Shown here piece after piece: positions 18,059 to 27,323 of a stretch of DNA of 64,000 nucleotides. The stretch covers positions 3,752 to 67,751 of the forward strand of contig JBBIKV010000007.1 of NCBI GenBank assembly GCA_037445285.1. Direction: 5' to 3'. The notes under the pieces were generated by a model. That model was not told where the DNA came from and made no database searches. It saw only the letters and a program-made list of their open reading frames with translations. Origin of the DNA: Nevskiaceae bacterium (lineage in GTDB: Bacteria > Pseudomonadota > Gammaproteobacteria > Steroidobacterales > Steroidobacteraceae). Every line of letters begins with the position of its first letter. Position 1 is the stretch's first letter. The position numbers and the translations under genes were made by a program.

Positions 18059-19147
18059 CTACGGGTTTGCGGTCAGACCGGCCCAAATTCGGGACGTGGA
18101 CTCGCCGGCGATGCCCGCCGCCGTGATCGCCTCGAGCCGGTCGTCGCGGGACATCACCGTCTGGGATTCGAGATAGCTGAGGGTGCCGAGCAGTTCGCCG
18201 ACGTGCAGCGCCACGGTCAGCGGCTCCGCCGGCGAATTCTCGAGCGCCCCCGCCAGCCGGGCGGAGGTCTGCCATTCCAACGCAATGCGCCTCGACATCT
18301 GCGGGGCGAGCGATCCGATGAGCTCCACGCAGAGCGCGCCGTTCGGCGCGAAATGAGGATTCCGCGCAAAGACGTCCAGCGCGGCGCCGTACACGACGAG
18401 CGGCCCGAGCGCACTCAAGAGCACCACCAGCTGCGCCTCGAACCGGTCCTGCGGCTGGGTCTCCATCGCGTACAGCTCCGCCGCGCGGGCCGCACGCTCG
18501 GTGCGCTCCCAGAGCATCCGCGGAAGGCGGGGAAAATTCCGGCGCGTGGCGCGGAACGCCGGCAGCATCAGCGCCGCGGCCAGCATGCCGCGCAGCGCAT
18601 CCACGCCGCACACGACGATGGCACGCTGAATCGTCTCGATGGGCGTGGGCGACAGGCGGTAGCGGCTCGAATTCGCCAGCCGCAGCACGTCGGCCGTCAG
18701 CACCGGATCGTGCGCGATCATCCGCGACATCTTCTCCGAGCGGACGGCCGGATCGTCCACCGCCTGCAGGAGCTGCGGCAACAGGGCGGGCCGTCGCGGA
18801 AAATACTTCGGGTCGACCGTGTCGACCAGGAGCATCGCCTCGATGTTGTTGCGCACGCGCGCGGTCACCGCCGCCGGGCATTGCACCTGCAGCGGCGCCG
18901 TGAACGCGAGCTTCCACAGACGCTCCGCGGCGAGACGGTTGGCCAGCTGGATCACGCTCGCATCGAAGGTGAACGGCGCCGCCGCGGATGACGGCTCGGC
19001 CGCCGCGGCCGGAGCCGGCGGCGGCCGCATCGCTTCAGGCGTCCAGGCGTTGTCGGGCACGGCGGCGCCGGCGGGCGCCGCGCGACGGTGCATCAGCCAA
19101 GCGCCCAATGCCAGGATGCTCGCGGCCAACAGGACAATTGCAAGCAT
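18059..19147 (-). CDS. Membrane-anchored HDOD-domain protein
   Basis: 362 aa from the ATG at 19147, which has GGAGAGG 9 nt upstream; the ORF is also open from 19165. One N-terminal hydrophobic helix (MLAIVLLAASILALGAWLM), a Pro/Ala linker, then HDOD-like sequence (HDPVLTADVLRLANSSRYR). Confidence 0.7.
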   Translation of the reverse strand: MLAIVLLAASILALGAWLMHRRAAPAGAAVPDNAWTPEAMRPPPAPAAAAEPSSAAAPFTFDASVIQLANRLAAERLWKLAFTAPLQVQCPAAVTARVRNNIEAMLLVDTVDPKYFPRRPALLPQLLQAVDDPAVRSEKMSRMIAHDPVLTADVLRLANSSRYRLSPTPIETIQRAIVVCGVDALRGMLAAALMLPAFRATRRNFPRLPRMLWERTERAARAAELYAMETQPQDRFEAQLVVLLSALGPLVVYGAALDVFARNPHFAPNGALCVELIGSLAPQMSRRIALEWQTSARLAGALENSPAEPLTVALHVGELLGTLSYLESQTVMSRDDRLEAITAAGIAGESTSRIWAGLTANP

Positions 19148-19168
19148 TCGACGACGCCTCTCCATGCG

Positions 19169-19184
19169 CAGTGGTGCGCCACTG
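19169..19184. other. GC-rich stem-loop (CAGTGG-tgcg-CCACTG)
   Basis: Perfect 6-bp inverted repeat with a 4-nt loop, between the pghP-like stop (19244) and the HDOD gene start. No T-tract follows on the minus strand. Confidence 0.25.
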
Positions 19185-19243
19185 GTCCCGACCCGGAATG
19201 GCGCCGTGCGTAGCCCAGGGAATCGGCCTGACCCCGCTTTTCT

Positions 19244-19828
19244 TTAGCGCGCGGGACCGAGCTGCACGCCGACATCCGCCAGTGCGCGGCGGGCGGCGCC
19301 CGCGATCCGCTCGCGATGCCTGGACACCCGCAGATCGTGCGTGATTTCCAGCTGTGCCCCGCGGCCCCGCGCCCCGCGATTGCAGATGTTGAGGGGGTGC
19401 CTTCCGGGATATTTGTGGCCGTCGCGCACCACCTCGAAGCCGGCGGCCGCCAGGCGCTCGCCGAGCGCCTCGACGAGTTCCATGTCCAGTCCCCCGAGGA
19501 AGATCTGCGACGCTCCCAGGCAGCCGTGAACGCTGAGCACCCTGTCGTGGCGCGCCGCCATCGCAAGGCAGTCCGGGTGGTCGAACCGGTGGCTGGTGAT
19601 GTGCAGGTCGCGATTGCGGCCGTACGGCTTCATGCCCTCGAAACAGAACAGGCTGTGTTCGACGCCCGCGATGAGGTCCGCGATCTCGGAGGTGCCGACC
19701 TCGATCAGTCCGCCGTGCGGCGCGACGACGATCACGGCGGCGCCGGCCCGCTCCGCCACCCTGACGGCGAAATCCTCGCCCTGCGCCTCGTGGAGCGCCA
19801 GGTCGGCAAATGAGGCGTACTTCGTCAC
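19244..19828 (-). CDS. Poly-gamma-glutamate hydrolase family (PghP-like, former DUF867) zinc hydrolase
   Basis: 194 aa with a GTG start in a GTGA overlap with the upstream stop. VVAPHGGLIEVGTSEIA matches the family's metal-binding N-terminal motif. Confidence 0.75.
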   Translation of the reverse strand: MTKYASFADLALHEAQGEDFAVRVAERAGAAVIVVAPHGGLIEVGTSEIADLIAGVEHSLFCFEGMKPYGRNRDLHITSHRFDHPDCLAMAARHDRVLSVHGCLGASQIFLGGLDMELVEALGERLAAAGFEVVRDGHKYPGRHPLNICNRGARGRGAQLEITHDLRVSRHRERIAGAARRALADVGVQLGPAR

Positions 19829-21126
19829 AGGCCCAACGCATCCAGCGCGCGATAGGCCAGCACGGAGGGCGCCAGAAACCAGGGGACGCCGCCATAGTAA
19901 GGCCGCGAGGGGAAAGGCAGGTCGTCAAGGGCGGTTCGGCCCTCCGCGAGGCCCATCATCTGCTGTCCGATCCGCCGTCCGAAGTGGGGGGCGAGCGGCA
20001 CGCCCTGCCCGCAGTACCCCATGCAATAATATATTCCGTCCTGCCGGCCGAGATGCGGCAGGCTGTCGAACGTGTAGGCAACCCAGCCCGCCCAGGCGTG
20101 GGCGATGCGCACGCCGGCGAGCTGCGGAAACACCCCGGCCAGCATTCGGCGCAATCTCGGGACGCAGGCGAGCGGATCCTTCTCGGCCAGCGCCGCCCGG
20201 CCCCCGAAGATGAGGCGTTCGCCGTCGGGAGAGGGCCTGTAATAGACGATGACCCGGCGCGAATCGACGATGTTGCGGGCCTGCGGAATCAGCTCGCGGA
20301 CCCTGTCCACCCCCAGCGGCTCGGTGGCGATCTGGTAGCTGCCGATCGGAATCACACGGCGGCGGTGCCAGGGAGACAGAGGGCCCGAATAGCCGTTGGT
20401 CGCGATCAACACCTTGCGCGCGCGGATCGCACCGCGCGGCGTCAGCACCTGAAACCCGTCGCCGTCCGGCTGCAGCGCCTGCACCGGGCAATGATCCAGA
20501 ACCGATACGCCGGCCTCCGTCGCGCGCGCCAGCAGGGCGGTCAGCAGACGCATCGGGTCGACCGACCCATCGTCGTGGTAGACGCAGCCGCCATGGTAGG
20601 CGTCGCTCGCGATCTCCCGATGCTGGTCGGCACGCCGAACCACCGAGATGCGCTGTTCGAGGCCCGGGGGCTGATGTTCCGCTTCGCGCGCCATGGCGGC
20701 GAAGTGCCGCGGGGTATGCGCCCCGAAGAAGCAGCCGTGGGGTCGCCAATCGCAGTCGAAGCCCTGAGTCGTCGCCAGCGAACGCAGATACTCCAAGGCC
20801 TCCCGGCCTTCGAGGCAGATCGCCATGGCCCTTTCCCTGCCATGACGGGCCGTCAGCGCGGCCAGGGAAGGCTTGATGCTGTAGGCCACCTGGCCGCCGT
20901 TGCGGCCGGAACACCCGGCGCCGAGCGCACCGGCCTCCAACACCCACGTGCTCGCACCGGCGGCCGCGGTCTCGCGTGCAGCCGAGAGCCCGGTATATCC
21001 CGCGCCCACGATCAGGACGTCGACCGCCGGGGGCGGCGCGGCGCGGATACGTTCCTCCACCCGGCCGGATTCCTGCCAGTACGGCGTCGTCGAGACGCCC
21101 ATGTCAGTAGTGAGGAGGCCGCTCAT
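19825..21126 (-). CDS. DAO-family FAD-dependent oxidoreductase (gamma-glutamyl-amine/D-amino-acid oxidase-like)
   Basis: 433 aa; an alternative start is at 21102. Dinucleotide fold VLIVGAGYTGLSAARE. DadA/PuuB-like sequence throughout. Confidence 0.8.
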   Translation of the reverse strand: MSGLLTTDMGVSTTPYWQESGRVEERIRAAPPPAVDVLIVGAGYTGLSAARETAAAGASTWVLEAGALGAGCSGRNGGQVAYSIKPSLAALTARHGRERAMAICLEGREALEYLRSLATTQGFDCDWRPHGCFFGAHTPRHFAAMAREAEHQPPGLEQRISVVRRADQHREIASDAYHGGCVYHDDGSVDPMRLLTALLARATEAGVSVLDHCPVQALQPDGDGFQVLTPRGAIRARKVLIATNGYSGPLSPWHRRRVIPIGSYQIATEPLGVDRVRELIPQARNIVDSRRVIVYYRPSPDGERLIFGGRAALAEKDPLACVPRLRRMLAGVFPQLAGVRIAHAWAGWVAYTFDSLPHLGRQDGIYYCMGYCGQGVPLAPHFGRRIGQQMMGLAEGRTALDDLPFPSRPYYGGVPWFLAPSVLAYRALDALGL

Positions 21127-21313
21127 CGTCGGCCGACCGCTGCCGCTCGTCGGAGTGCGCGCTTTCCAGGCGTTCCGACAGCCGCTCGAGCCGCACGCCG
21201 AGCGCGCGGATCTCCAGTTGCTGCCGGAAGACGACGTCGCTCAGCTCCGTGTTCGCCCGTTCCAGGAATGAGATCTTCGTTTGTATCCGTTCCAATGTCT
21301 CGTCGTCCATCAT
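21104..21313 (-). CDS. slyX: SlyX-family coiled-coil protein
   Basis: 69 aa. The pattern LERIQTKISFLERANTELSDVVFRQQLEI is typical of SlyX. Confidence 0.8.
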   Translation of the reverse strand: MMDDETLERIQTKISFLERANTELSDVVFRQQLEIRALGVRLERLSERLESAHSDERQRSADDERPPHY

Positions 21314-21314
21314 C

Positions 21315-22856
21315 TCAAGTCCCGCAATATGTGTGCAGCACGCGCTCGTCGGAGCGCGGCGGCTTCATGTAGCCGGCGAACGCCGGCAACTCCTCGTAAG
21401 GTCGCGACAACGCCTGCGACAGTTCCTCGAATGGTCCGAAATCCCCCTGTTCCACCGCCGCCGCGATGACCGCCTCGAGTCGATGATTGCGGGGAATGAC
21501 GGCCGGGTTGACCAGCCGCATGAAGGCGGCGTGGTCGCTGCCGGGTTGCGGCTCGCGCGCCATCCGCGACCGCCAGCGTCGCGCCCATTGCAGGTACGGG
21601 GACGGATCGTCGAACGAGGCGGCGACCGCGGGATCGCCGGCCTCGCTCTCGGCGGCGGCGCACAGCCGGCGGAACGTCAGCGTGAAGTCCGCGTGACCGC
21701 CCTGCATCGCGTCGAGCAGGTCCTGGATCAGTCCCGGATCACCCTCCTCTTCCAGGAAGAGTCCGAGCTTCCTGCGCATCGCGGCCAGCCGGCAGGCATC
21801 GAATTCCGTGGAAAACGCGGTGACCGCCTCCGTGGCCAGTTCGATCGCGCGGTCCGCGGACGCGTCGATCAACGGCAGCAGCGTCTCGGCCAGCCGCGCC
21901 AGGTTCCACTGGCCCGCAGCCGGCTGATTCGCGTAGGCGTAGCGGCCCCGGTGGTCGATGGAACTGAACACCGTCGCGGGATCGTACGCATCCATGAACG
22001 CGCACGGACCGAAATCGATGGTCTCGCCCGACACCGCCATGTTGTCGGTGTTCATCACGCCGTGAATGAACCCGACGCTCATCCAGGCGCCGATGAGCGA
22101 CGCCTGCGCCCGCACGACCGCCCGCAGCAGTTCGAGGTAGGGGTTGGCGGCCGTGCCCGCCTCCGGGTAATGCCGCTCGATGACGTGATCCGCCAGGATC
22201 CGCACCGCTGCGTCGTCGCCGCGCGCCGCGAAATATTGGAACGTGCCCACGCGCACGTGGCTGGCGGCGACGCGCGTCACGATCGCGCCCGGCAGCCGCC
22301 GCTCCCGGAACACCTCCTCGCCGGTGGCGACAGCCGCCAGGGCCCGCGTCGATGCAATGCCGAGCGCGTGCATCGCCTCGCTGACCAGGTATTCGCGCAG
22401 CACCGGCCCGAGGGCCGCACGGCCATCGCCGCCGCGGGAATACGCCGTGCGACCCGCCCCCTTCAGCTGAACCTCGCGGCGCCGGCCCGAGCGGTCGCAA
22501 ACGTCCCCGAGCAGGATGGCGCGCCCGTCGCCGAGTTGCGGCACGAATTGTCCGAATTGATGCCCCGCATACGCCATCGCGAGCGGATGCGACCCGGGCA
22601 CGATCCGGTTGCCGGAAAAAATGGCCGCCAGCGCCTCGGGGGTGAGTCCGTCGACCGACAGCTGAAGCTCGGCCGCCAGCGCGGCGTTCCATTTGATGAG
22701 GCGCGCCTCAGCCACCGGCGTCGGGGTGGTGGGGGTGAAGAACCGCGGCGGCAGCGCGGCATAACCGCCGGCAGACAGTCCGGTGGGCGGCATGACCGCG
22801 GCGGCGGCCGTCGCCGGGCCGGCCAACGCAAGGCCGGTTGGATCGGGGGATGACAT
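21315..22856 (-). CDS. selO: Protein adenylyltransferase SelO (YdiU/UPF0061)
   Basis: 513 aa. The conserved AMAYAGHQFGQFVPQLGDGRAILLG block and the pseudokinase-like core (GVMNTDNMAVSGETIDFGPCAFMD) are present. Confidence 0.9.
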   Translation of the reverse strand: MSSPDPTGLALAGPATAAAAVMPPTGLSAGGYAALPPRFFTPTTPTPVAEARLIKWNAALAAELQLSVDGLTPEALAAIFSGNRIVPGSHPLAMAYAGHQFGQFVPQLGDGRAILLGDVCDRSGRRREVQLKGAGRTAYSRGGDGRAALGPVLREYLVSEAMHALGIASTRALAAVATGEEVFRERRLPGAIVTRVAASHVRVGTFQYFAARGDDAAVRILADHVIERHYPEAGTAANPYLELLRAVVRAQASLIGAWMSVGFIHGVMNTDNMAVSGETIDFGPCAFMDAYDPATVFSSIDHRGRYAYANQPAAGQWNLARLAETLLPLIDASADRAIELATEAVTAFSTEFDACRLAAMRRKLGLFLEEEGDPGLIQDLLDAMQGGHADFTLTFRRLCAAAESEAGDPAVAASFDDPSPYLQWARRWRSRMAREPQPGSDHAAFMRLVNPAVIPRNHRLEAVIAAAVEQGDFGPFEELSQALSRPYEELPAFAGYMKPPRSDERVLHTYCGT

Positions 22857-22901
22857 CCCCCCATGTTAACAGCGATCGATCGCAAGCCGGGGGCGGCGCG
22901 C

Positions 22902-24521
22902 TCAGCGTCCACCGGGGACGCGGGGGATGATGCCGGGGACGACGTACTGCTCGATGATGACGATCGCGACCAGCATCAAGGTCAGAACGACGCTGTGCAC
23001 GAACGTGCGCGCCAGGATGGCGCCCTCCTGTCCCTTGAGATTCGTCACCGACACGCCGGTCGCGATGTTCTGCGGCGAGATCATCTTGGCCAGCACCCCT
23101 CCAGAGGAATTGGTCGCGGCGAACAGCAGCGGGTCGAGGTGCAGTTGCCGGGCGGCGACCACCTGCAGGTTGCCGAACAGCGCATTGCCCGACGTGTCGC
23201 TGCCGGACAGGAACACGGCCATCCAGCCCAGGAAGGGCGAAAACAGAACGAAGGCGCGGCCGGTCGATGCCACCGCGAGGCCCAGGGTGTAGGCGAGACC
23301 CGCGTAGTTCATCACGTAGGCGAGTGCGACGACGAGCATGACCGTGACCACCGCCAGCCAGATCTGCCGCAGGGTCCGGGCGGCACACCGCAGCAATTCG
23401 GCGGGCGGCAGGCCGACGGCGAGCGCGGTCAGGAGGGCGGCGCACAAGATGGCGGTGCCCGTGGCCAGCGGTTGGAACACCCACACCGCCGCATAGGGCT
23501 TGTCGTGATACAGCGTGATCGCCACCACGTTGTCGAGCCCGGGCCAGGAAATGTTCCGCTGGCCGAACGAGGCGACGTTGAACGAGTTCCAGAGGATGAC
23601 GGTGACCGACACGATCAGCCAGGGCAGCCACCCCTGCCACGATCCTCCGCGGCGCAACGCCGCCGCTTCCGGCCGCGGCCCCATCACCTCGAACTCGGCC
23701 ACGACGGCCGGCCGCCACACCTGCAGGAACGACACGGTGGCGAACAGCGACCCGAGCGCCGCGAGCACGTCGGTGAGGGTGTAGTCCAGATAATTCGAGG
23801 TGACGAACTGCGTCAGTCCAAAACTGACGCCGGCCACCGTCAGCACCGGCCACAGCGCGCGCACCGAGCGCCAGCCGCCGTAGAGCGCGATGACGTAGAA
23901 CGGCAGGATCATCGCCATCAGCGGCAGCTGCCGGCCGATCATTGCGGCGAGCGCCGCTGCGGGCAATCCGGTCACGGCGCTCAACACGGTCACCGGCACG
24001 CCGAGCGCGCCGAAGGCCACCGGCGTGGTGTCGAAGATCAATACGAACACCAGCGCATCGAGCGGCGCGAACCCCACCATGATGAGCAGCGAGCCGGTGA
24101 TCGCCACCGGCGCCCCGAATCCGGCGATCCCCTCCAGCAGCGCACCGAAACAGAAACCGATCACGATGAGGATCACGCGGCGGTCGTTCGGCAGGTGCGT
24201 CAGGACCCAGACGCGGAACGCCTCGAATCGCCCGGAGGCGACGGCGATGTGGTACAGCCACAGGGCATTGACGACGATCCACATCACCGGCCAGAGGGCG
24301 AACACCGCCCCGTCGAGCGCGGCGGCGCACGCCGCGCGCACCGGCATCGCCCAGAGGGTGACCGAGACGGTGAATGCCGCCGCCAATCCGGCGAGGGCCG
24401 CCTGCCATGCCGGTCTCTTGAGGATGCCGAGCATCACGAGCAGAACGGCGAGCGGCAACAGCGCCACCAATGCGGAGAGGCCGAGGCTGCCCTGCACCGG
24501 CGTCAATGGTTGATGAAACAT
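22902..24521 (-). CDS. lctP: L-lactate permease family transporter (LctP/LldP)
   Basis: 539 aa, polytopic membrane protein with LctP-like sequence throughout (PVTVLSAVTGLPAAAL; SGSDTSGNALFGNLQ). Confidence 0.85.
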   Translation of the reverse strand: MFHQPLTPVQGSLGLSALVALLPLAVLLVMLGILKRPAWQAALAGLAAAFTVSVTLWAMPVRAACAAALDGAVFALWPVMWIVVNALWLYHIAVASGRFEAFRVWVLTHLPNDRRVILIVIGFCFGALLEGIAGFGAPVAITGSLLIMVGFAPLDALVFVLIFDTTPVAFGALGVPVTVLSAVTGLPAAALAAMIGRQLPLMAMILPFYVIALYGGWRSVRALWPVLTVAGVSFGLTQFVTSNYLDYTLTDVLAALGSLFATVSFLQVWRPAVVAEFEVMGPRPEAAALRRGGSWQGWLPWLIVSVTVILWNSFNVASFGQRNISWPGLDNVVAITLYHDKPYAAVWVFQPLATGTAILCAALLTALAVGLPPAELLRCAARTLRQIWLAVVTVMLVVALAYVMNYAGLAYTLGLAVASTGRAFVLFSPFLGWMAVFLSGSDTSGNALFGNLQVVAARQLHLDPLLFAATNSSGGVLAKMISPQNIATGVSVTNLKGQEGAILARTFVHSVVLTLMLVAIVIIEQYVVPGIIPRVPGGR

Positions 24522-24561
24522 GGCTCCCTTGATGATGCGCGAAGGTCCGGCGCCGCGACGC

Positions 24562-25566
24562 CTACGCCCCCGGCGTAGCGCCGGCAGCCGTCTGCAGATC
24601 CCTTACCATGTAGTCCACCGCGTGATTCCACGCGTTGTCGCTGTCGCCGCGAAAATCGAACGACTTTCGCGCCGTGATCTGCCCGGTCTTCACGTCGTGA
24701 ATCTCGTACGTCAGGGTGAGGATCAGGCCGCTCACGCGGTTCACCCAGGCGACCAGGACGAGATCGGCATTCAATCGCCGGCCGATGTCCAGATCGCAGC
24801 CGTTGCAGTCGTGCAGATAGGCCTGCTGGGACTCGAGCCGGGCGATGAGGTCCGCCGCGGGCCGCGCATCCACGAGCGTGTACAAACCGGTCCTTCCGAG
24901 ATCGTCCCGCAGGCGCGCACTTTCGCTCACGAGCCGCGCCGCATGCTCCGCGGTGAATTCGGGGCCGCCGAGGTCCCCCGTCAACTCGATGTCGAGAACG
25001 ACGAGCGTCGGCGAGACGGGTGACTGCGGTTCGACCACCTGCGTCGGCAGCCCGGCCGCGCTCCACCCCTCGATGCCATCCGCAAACCACGATACGCGGC
25101 GGTAACCATAGCCGATGGCGCGCTTCGCGGCGTTCCAGCTCAGCCAGCACCGCTCATGGCAATACACGACCAGCGGCGTGCCGGCGTCGCCCGCCGTCGC
25201 CCGCCGCAGGCGGTCGCGATAGAAGGCGTCCATCGCGGGAGTCAGCACGCCCTCACCGGTTCCCGGCAGCCATTGCGCGCCGGGCAGCGCCCGATGCGCG
25301 AGGGGCAGCCACGGCGCCCCGGGTGCGAGCCCGGCGGGCTTCAGCGGCCGGCTCGACACGTCGATGATGACCGCTCCGCCCCGGCGGATCAGCGCCTCGA
25401 CGTCCCTGGCGTGCACGACGCGCCCGCCGTGGAGGCTGGCAGGGACCGGCGCCTTCGGATCGCCCTGCCAGATCCCCGGCGGTTCGCTCGCGGCGGTCGC
25501 GCAGCCCCACAGCATCATCCACGGGAGCATCCACGGCAGGCGCCGTGCGCTAACCCGTCGGTACAT
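24562..25566 (-). CDS. Exported rhodanese-like C-x3-CW protein fused to a C-terminal domain of unknown function
   Basis: 334 aa from the ATG at 25566; the ORF is also open from 25590. Leader MYRRVSARRLPWMLPWMMLWGCATAAS. The rhodanese-like half carries VVYCHERCWLSWNAAKRA. From memory this resembles the 'PQQ-dependent catabolism-associated CXXCW motif protein' family. The ~150-aa C-terminal half (LVVLDIELTGDLGGPEF...NGCDLDIG...) is DUF3280-like, also from memory. Confidence 0.6.
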   Translation of the reverse strand: MYRRVSARRLPWMLPWMMLWGCATAASEPPGIWQGDPKAPVPASLHGGRVVHARDVEALIRRGGAVIIDVSSRPLKPAGLAPGAPWLPLAHRALPGAQWLPGTGEGVLTPAMDAFYRDRLRRATAGDAGTPLVVYCHERCWLSWNAAKRAIGYGYRRVSWFADGIEGWSAAGLPTQVVEPQSPVSPTLVVLDIELTGDLGGPEFTAEHAARLVSESARLRDDLGRTGLYTLVDARPAADLIARLESQQAYLHDCNGCDLDIGRRLNADLVLVAWVNRVSGLILTLTYEIHDVKTGQITARKSFDFRGDSDNAWNHAVDYMVRDLQTAAGATPGA

Positions 25567-26365
25567 CGAAGCTCTGTCCGAAGCTGGCATCCTTCGTGTC
25601 GCGCACCAGCACCTTGAGCTGTCCCTTCGCGGGTGGGGTGAAATCGAAGCCGATCACCGGATCCGCGCTCAGCGAAATGTCCGAATCCAGGTGCATCACC
25701 TGCACGCCGTCGTAGCTCACATCGACGTTGCGGATGAACATCGCCGGCGTATACAAGCGCGTCATCTGGTCCATTTGCATGCCGTTGAAATTCGGATGCC
25801 GGATCATCAACTGCGCCTCCAGGGTGCGGCCGGCGACGAAGGGCTGCAGGAGCCGCAGCTTGATGTGGCCGATGTCCTGCAGCGCCTGTTGCGTGTCGGC
25901 GCCCGACGGCGCGGAACAGCCGCCGGCCGCCTTGACGAACCGGGCGGCCGCGAAGAGCTGCCCGTCAGCGGTCTCCGCGACCGCATGGATGTAGGTGTAC
26001 GCGTTGACCCGCACGCGCAGCTTGAGCGAGCGGGCGTCCCCCAGCGGTCCGAAGGTGAAATGCCCGGCGAGCGGCCCCGGATTGTTGTCGATGACCAGAT
26101 ACACGCCCTTGATGGGCTTGTCGCCCTTGATCTTGAGGTTGACCGGCACCAACGCGGCGTCGAGCGCCCGCTCCGGCGCCTCGATCTCGATCCATCCGCG
26201 GCCGTCCTGAACCGGACGGCCCTCGAACAGGGCATGCTGCAATTCCACCCATCGGGCGGCCCTGCCGGCCTCCTCGTCATCCGGCGCCGACGCGGCCTGT
26301 CCCGCGCCCGCCCACAGTCCGATCACCAGCACCGCCGGCGCCCATATTCCGCGCATCATTCCCAT
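25550..26365 (-). CDS. Exported SoxYZ-like fused carrier protein ('quinoprotein dehydrogenase-associated SoxYZ-like carrier' type)
   Basis: 271 aa from the ATG at 26365, overlapping the upstream stop by 10 nt. Signal peptide MGMMRGIWAPAVLVIGLWAGAGQAASA. The SoxY-like half ends in AAGGCSAPSG (single Cys150, codon 25916..25918). It is followed by a SoxZ-like half (LMIRHPNFNGMQMDQ). Confidence 0.7.
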   Translation of the reverse strand: MGMMRGIWAPAVLVIGLWAGAGQAASAPDDEEAGRAARWVELQHALFEGRPVQDGRGWIEIEAPERALDAALVPVNLKIKGDKPIKGVYLVIDNNPGPLAGHFTFGPLGDARSLKLRVRVNAYTYIHAVAETADGQLFAAARFVKAAGGCSAPSGADTQQALQDIGHIKLRLLQPFVAGRTLEAQLMIRHPNFNGMQMDQMTRLYTPAMFIRNVDVSYDGVQVMHLDSDISLSADPVIGFDFTPPAKGQLKVLVRDTKDASFGQSFDVPTG

Positions 26366-27288
26366 TCGACCTCCTTGAACGCCTGTGTGACGTTGTGGCC
26401 GTGATAATCGTCGAACAACTTCCACCGGGGCCGTTCGGACCGGGCGACCGTGGCGACCGCGGCGCCGATGTCCATGCCGCGCTTCACCGCGGCGCGGGTC
26501 TCCCGCAGGAGCACGTCGAGATAACGCTCGAGGTCCGCCGCCCCCGCGGGCCAGTTTACGCTCACCGGGCCGTGCCCGGGTACTGCGCGCGCCGCCCCGA
26601 TGGACTTCAATCCCGCAAGCGCCTTCTGCCATCCCGTGAGGCGCCCGTCCAGCGAGGGAATCCGTTCGACGAACAGCAGATCGGCCGGCAGCAGCGTGCC
26701 GCTGCGCGGATCGAAGGCGCTGAGATCGCAATCCGAATGCGCGACGTCGTGCGCCTCGAGCAGCACCACTCGGTCGCCGAGATCGATTCGATCCCGATCG
26801 GCGACCAGCCGGGTCGGCATGACGAGCGGACCGGGCTTGCCCGCACCGAGAATCCCCTCCAATCTCGTCCGATAGTACTCCCCGCGCTGCGCCAGGGCGT
26901 TCGGCAGTCGTGCGTGGCCGATGAATTGCGGCGCATCGCGCACGAAGGCGCCGGCGCCGAACACGTGGTCCGGATGCACGTGCGACATCAGCACGTGGCT
27001 GATCGGCAACCGCGTCACTTCGGTGATGCGCCGGCGCAACCGCTCGCCGTCGTCCAGGCTGCCGCCGGTGTCGAGCACTGCGACCGAGTCGCGCCCGACG
27101 ATGAAGCCGATGTTCGCGATCGCGCCGCCGTTCGCGCGGCTGGCGTCTTCATCGATGCCGCGGCGGATATGGATGCCCGGCGCGACTTCCCGGGTGTCGA
27201 GCGCCGCGTGCCGAGCGCGGCCGCGCGCCGGCAGCGCCGCCGCGCACAGCGCAGCGGCCGCCGCCGCCAATGCGCGGCGCCGCGACAC
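26356..27288 (-). CDS. Exported metallo-beta-lactamase-fold zinc hydrolase ('quinoprotein relay system zinc metallohydrolase'-like)
   Basis: 310 aa from the GTG at 27288. Tat-like leader VSRRRALAAAAAALCAAALPARG. MBL motif SHVHPDHVFG. The 638-aa ORF in the track runs on upstream, out of frame through the GntR gene. Confidence 0.7.
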   Translation of the reverse strand: MSRRRALAAAAAALCAAALPARGRARHAALDTREVAPGIHIRRGIDEDASRANGGAIANIGFIVGRDSVAVLDTGGSLDDGERLRRRITEVTRLPISHVLMSHVHPDHVFGAGAFVRDAPQFIGHARLPNALAQRGEYYRTRLEGILGAGKPGPLVMPTRLVADRDRIDLGDRVVLLEAHDVAHSDCDLSAFDPRSGTLLPADLLFVERIPSLDGRLTGWQKALAGLKSIGAARAVPGHGPVSVNWPAGAADLERYLDVLLRETRAAVKRGMDIGAAVATVARSERPRWKLFDDYHGHNVTQAFKEVEWE

Positions 27289-27323
27289 GGACGGCGGAGG
27301 CGCCGCGGGCGGCGGCCGCGCGT

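Noticed and set aside
22863-24578. 571-aa plus-strand ORF, very rich in His/Arg/Asp/Gly/Glu
   Set aside because: It is exactly antisense to the lactate permease gene. The repetitive charged composition is the mirror of hydrophobic membrane codons, so it is not an independent gene.
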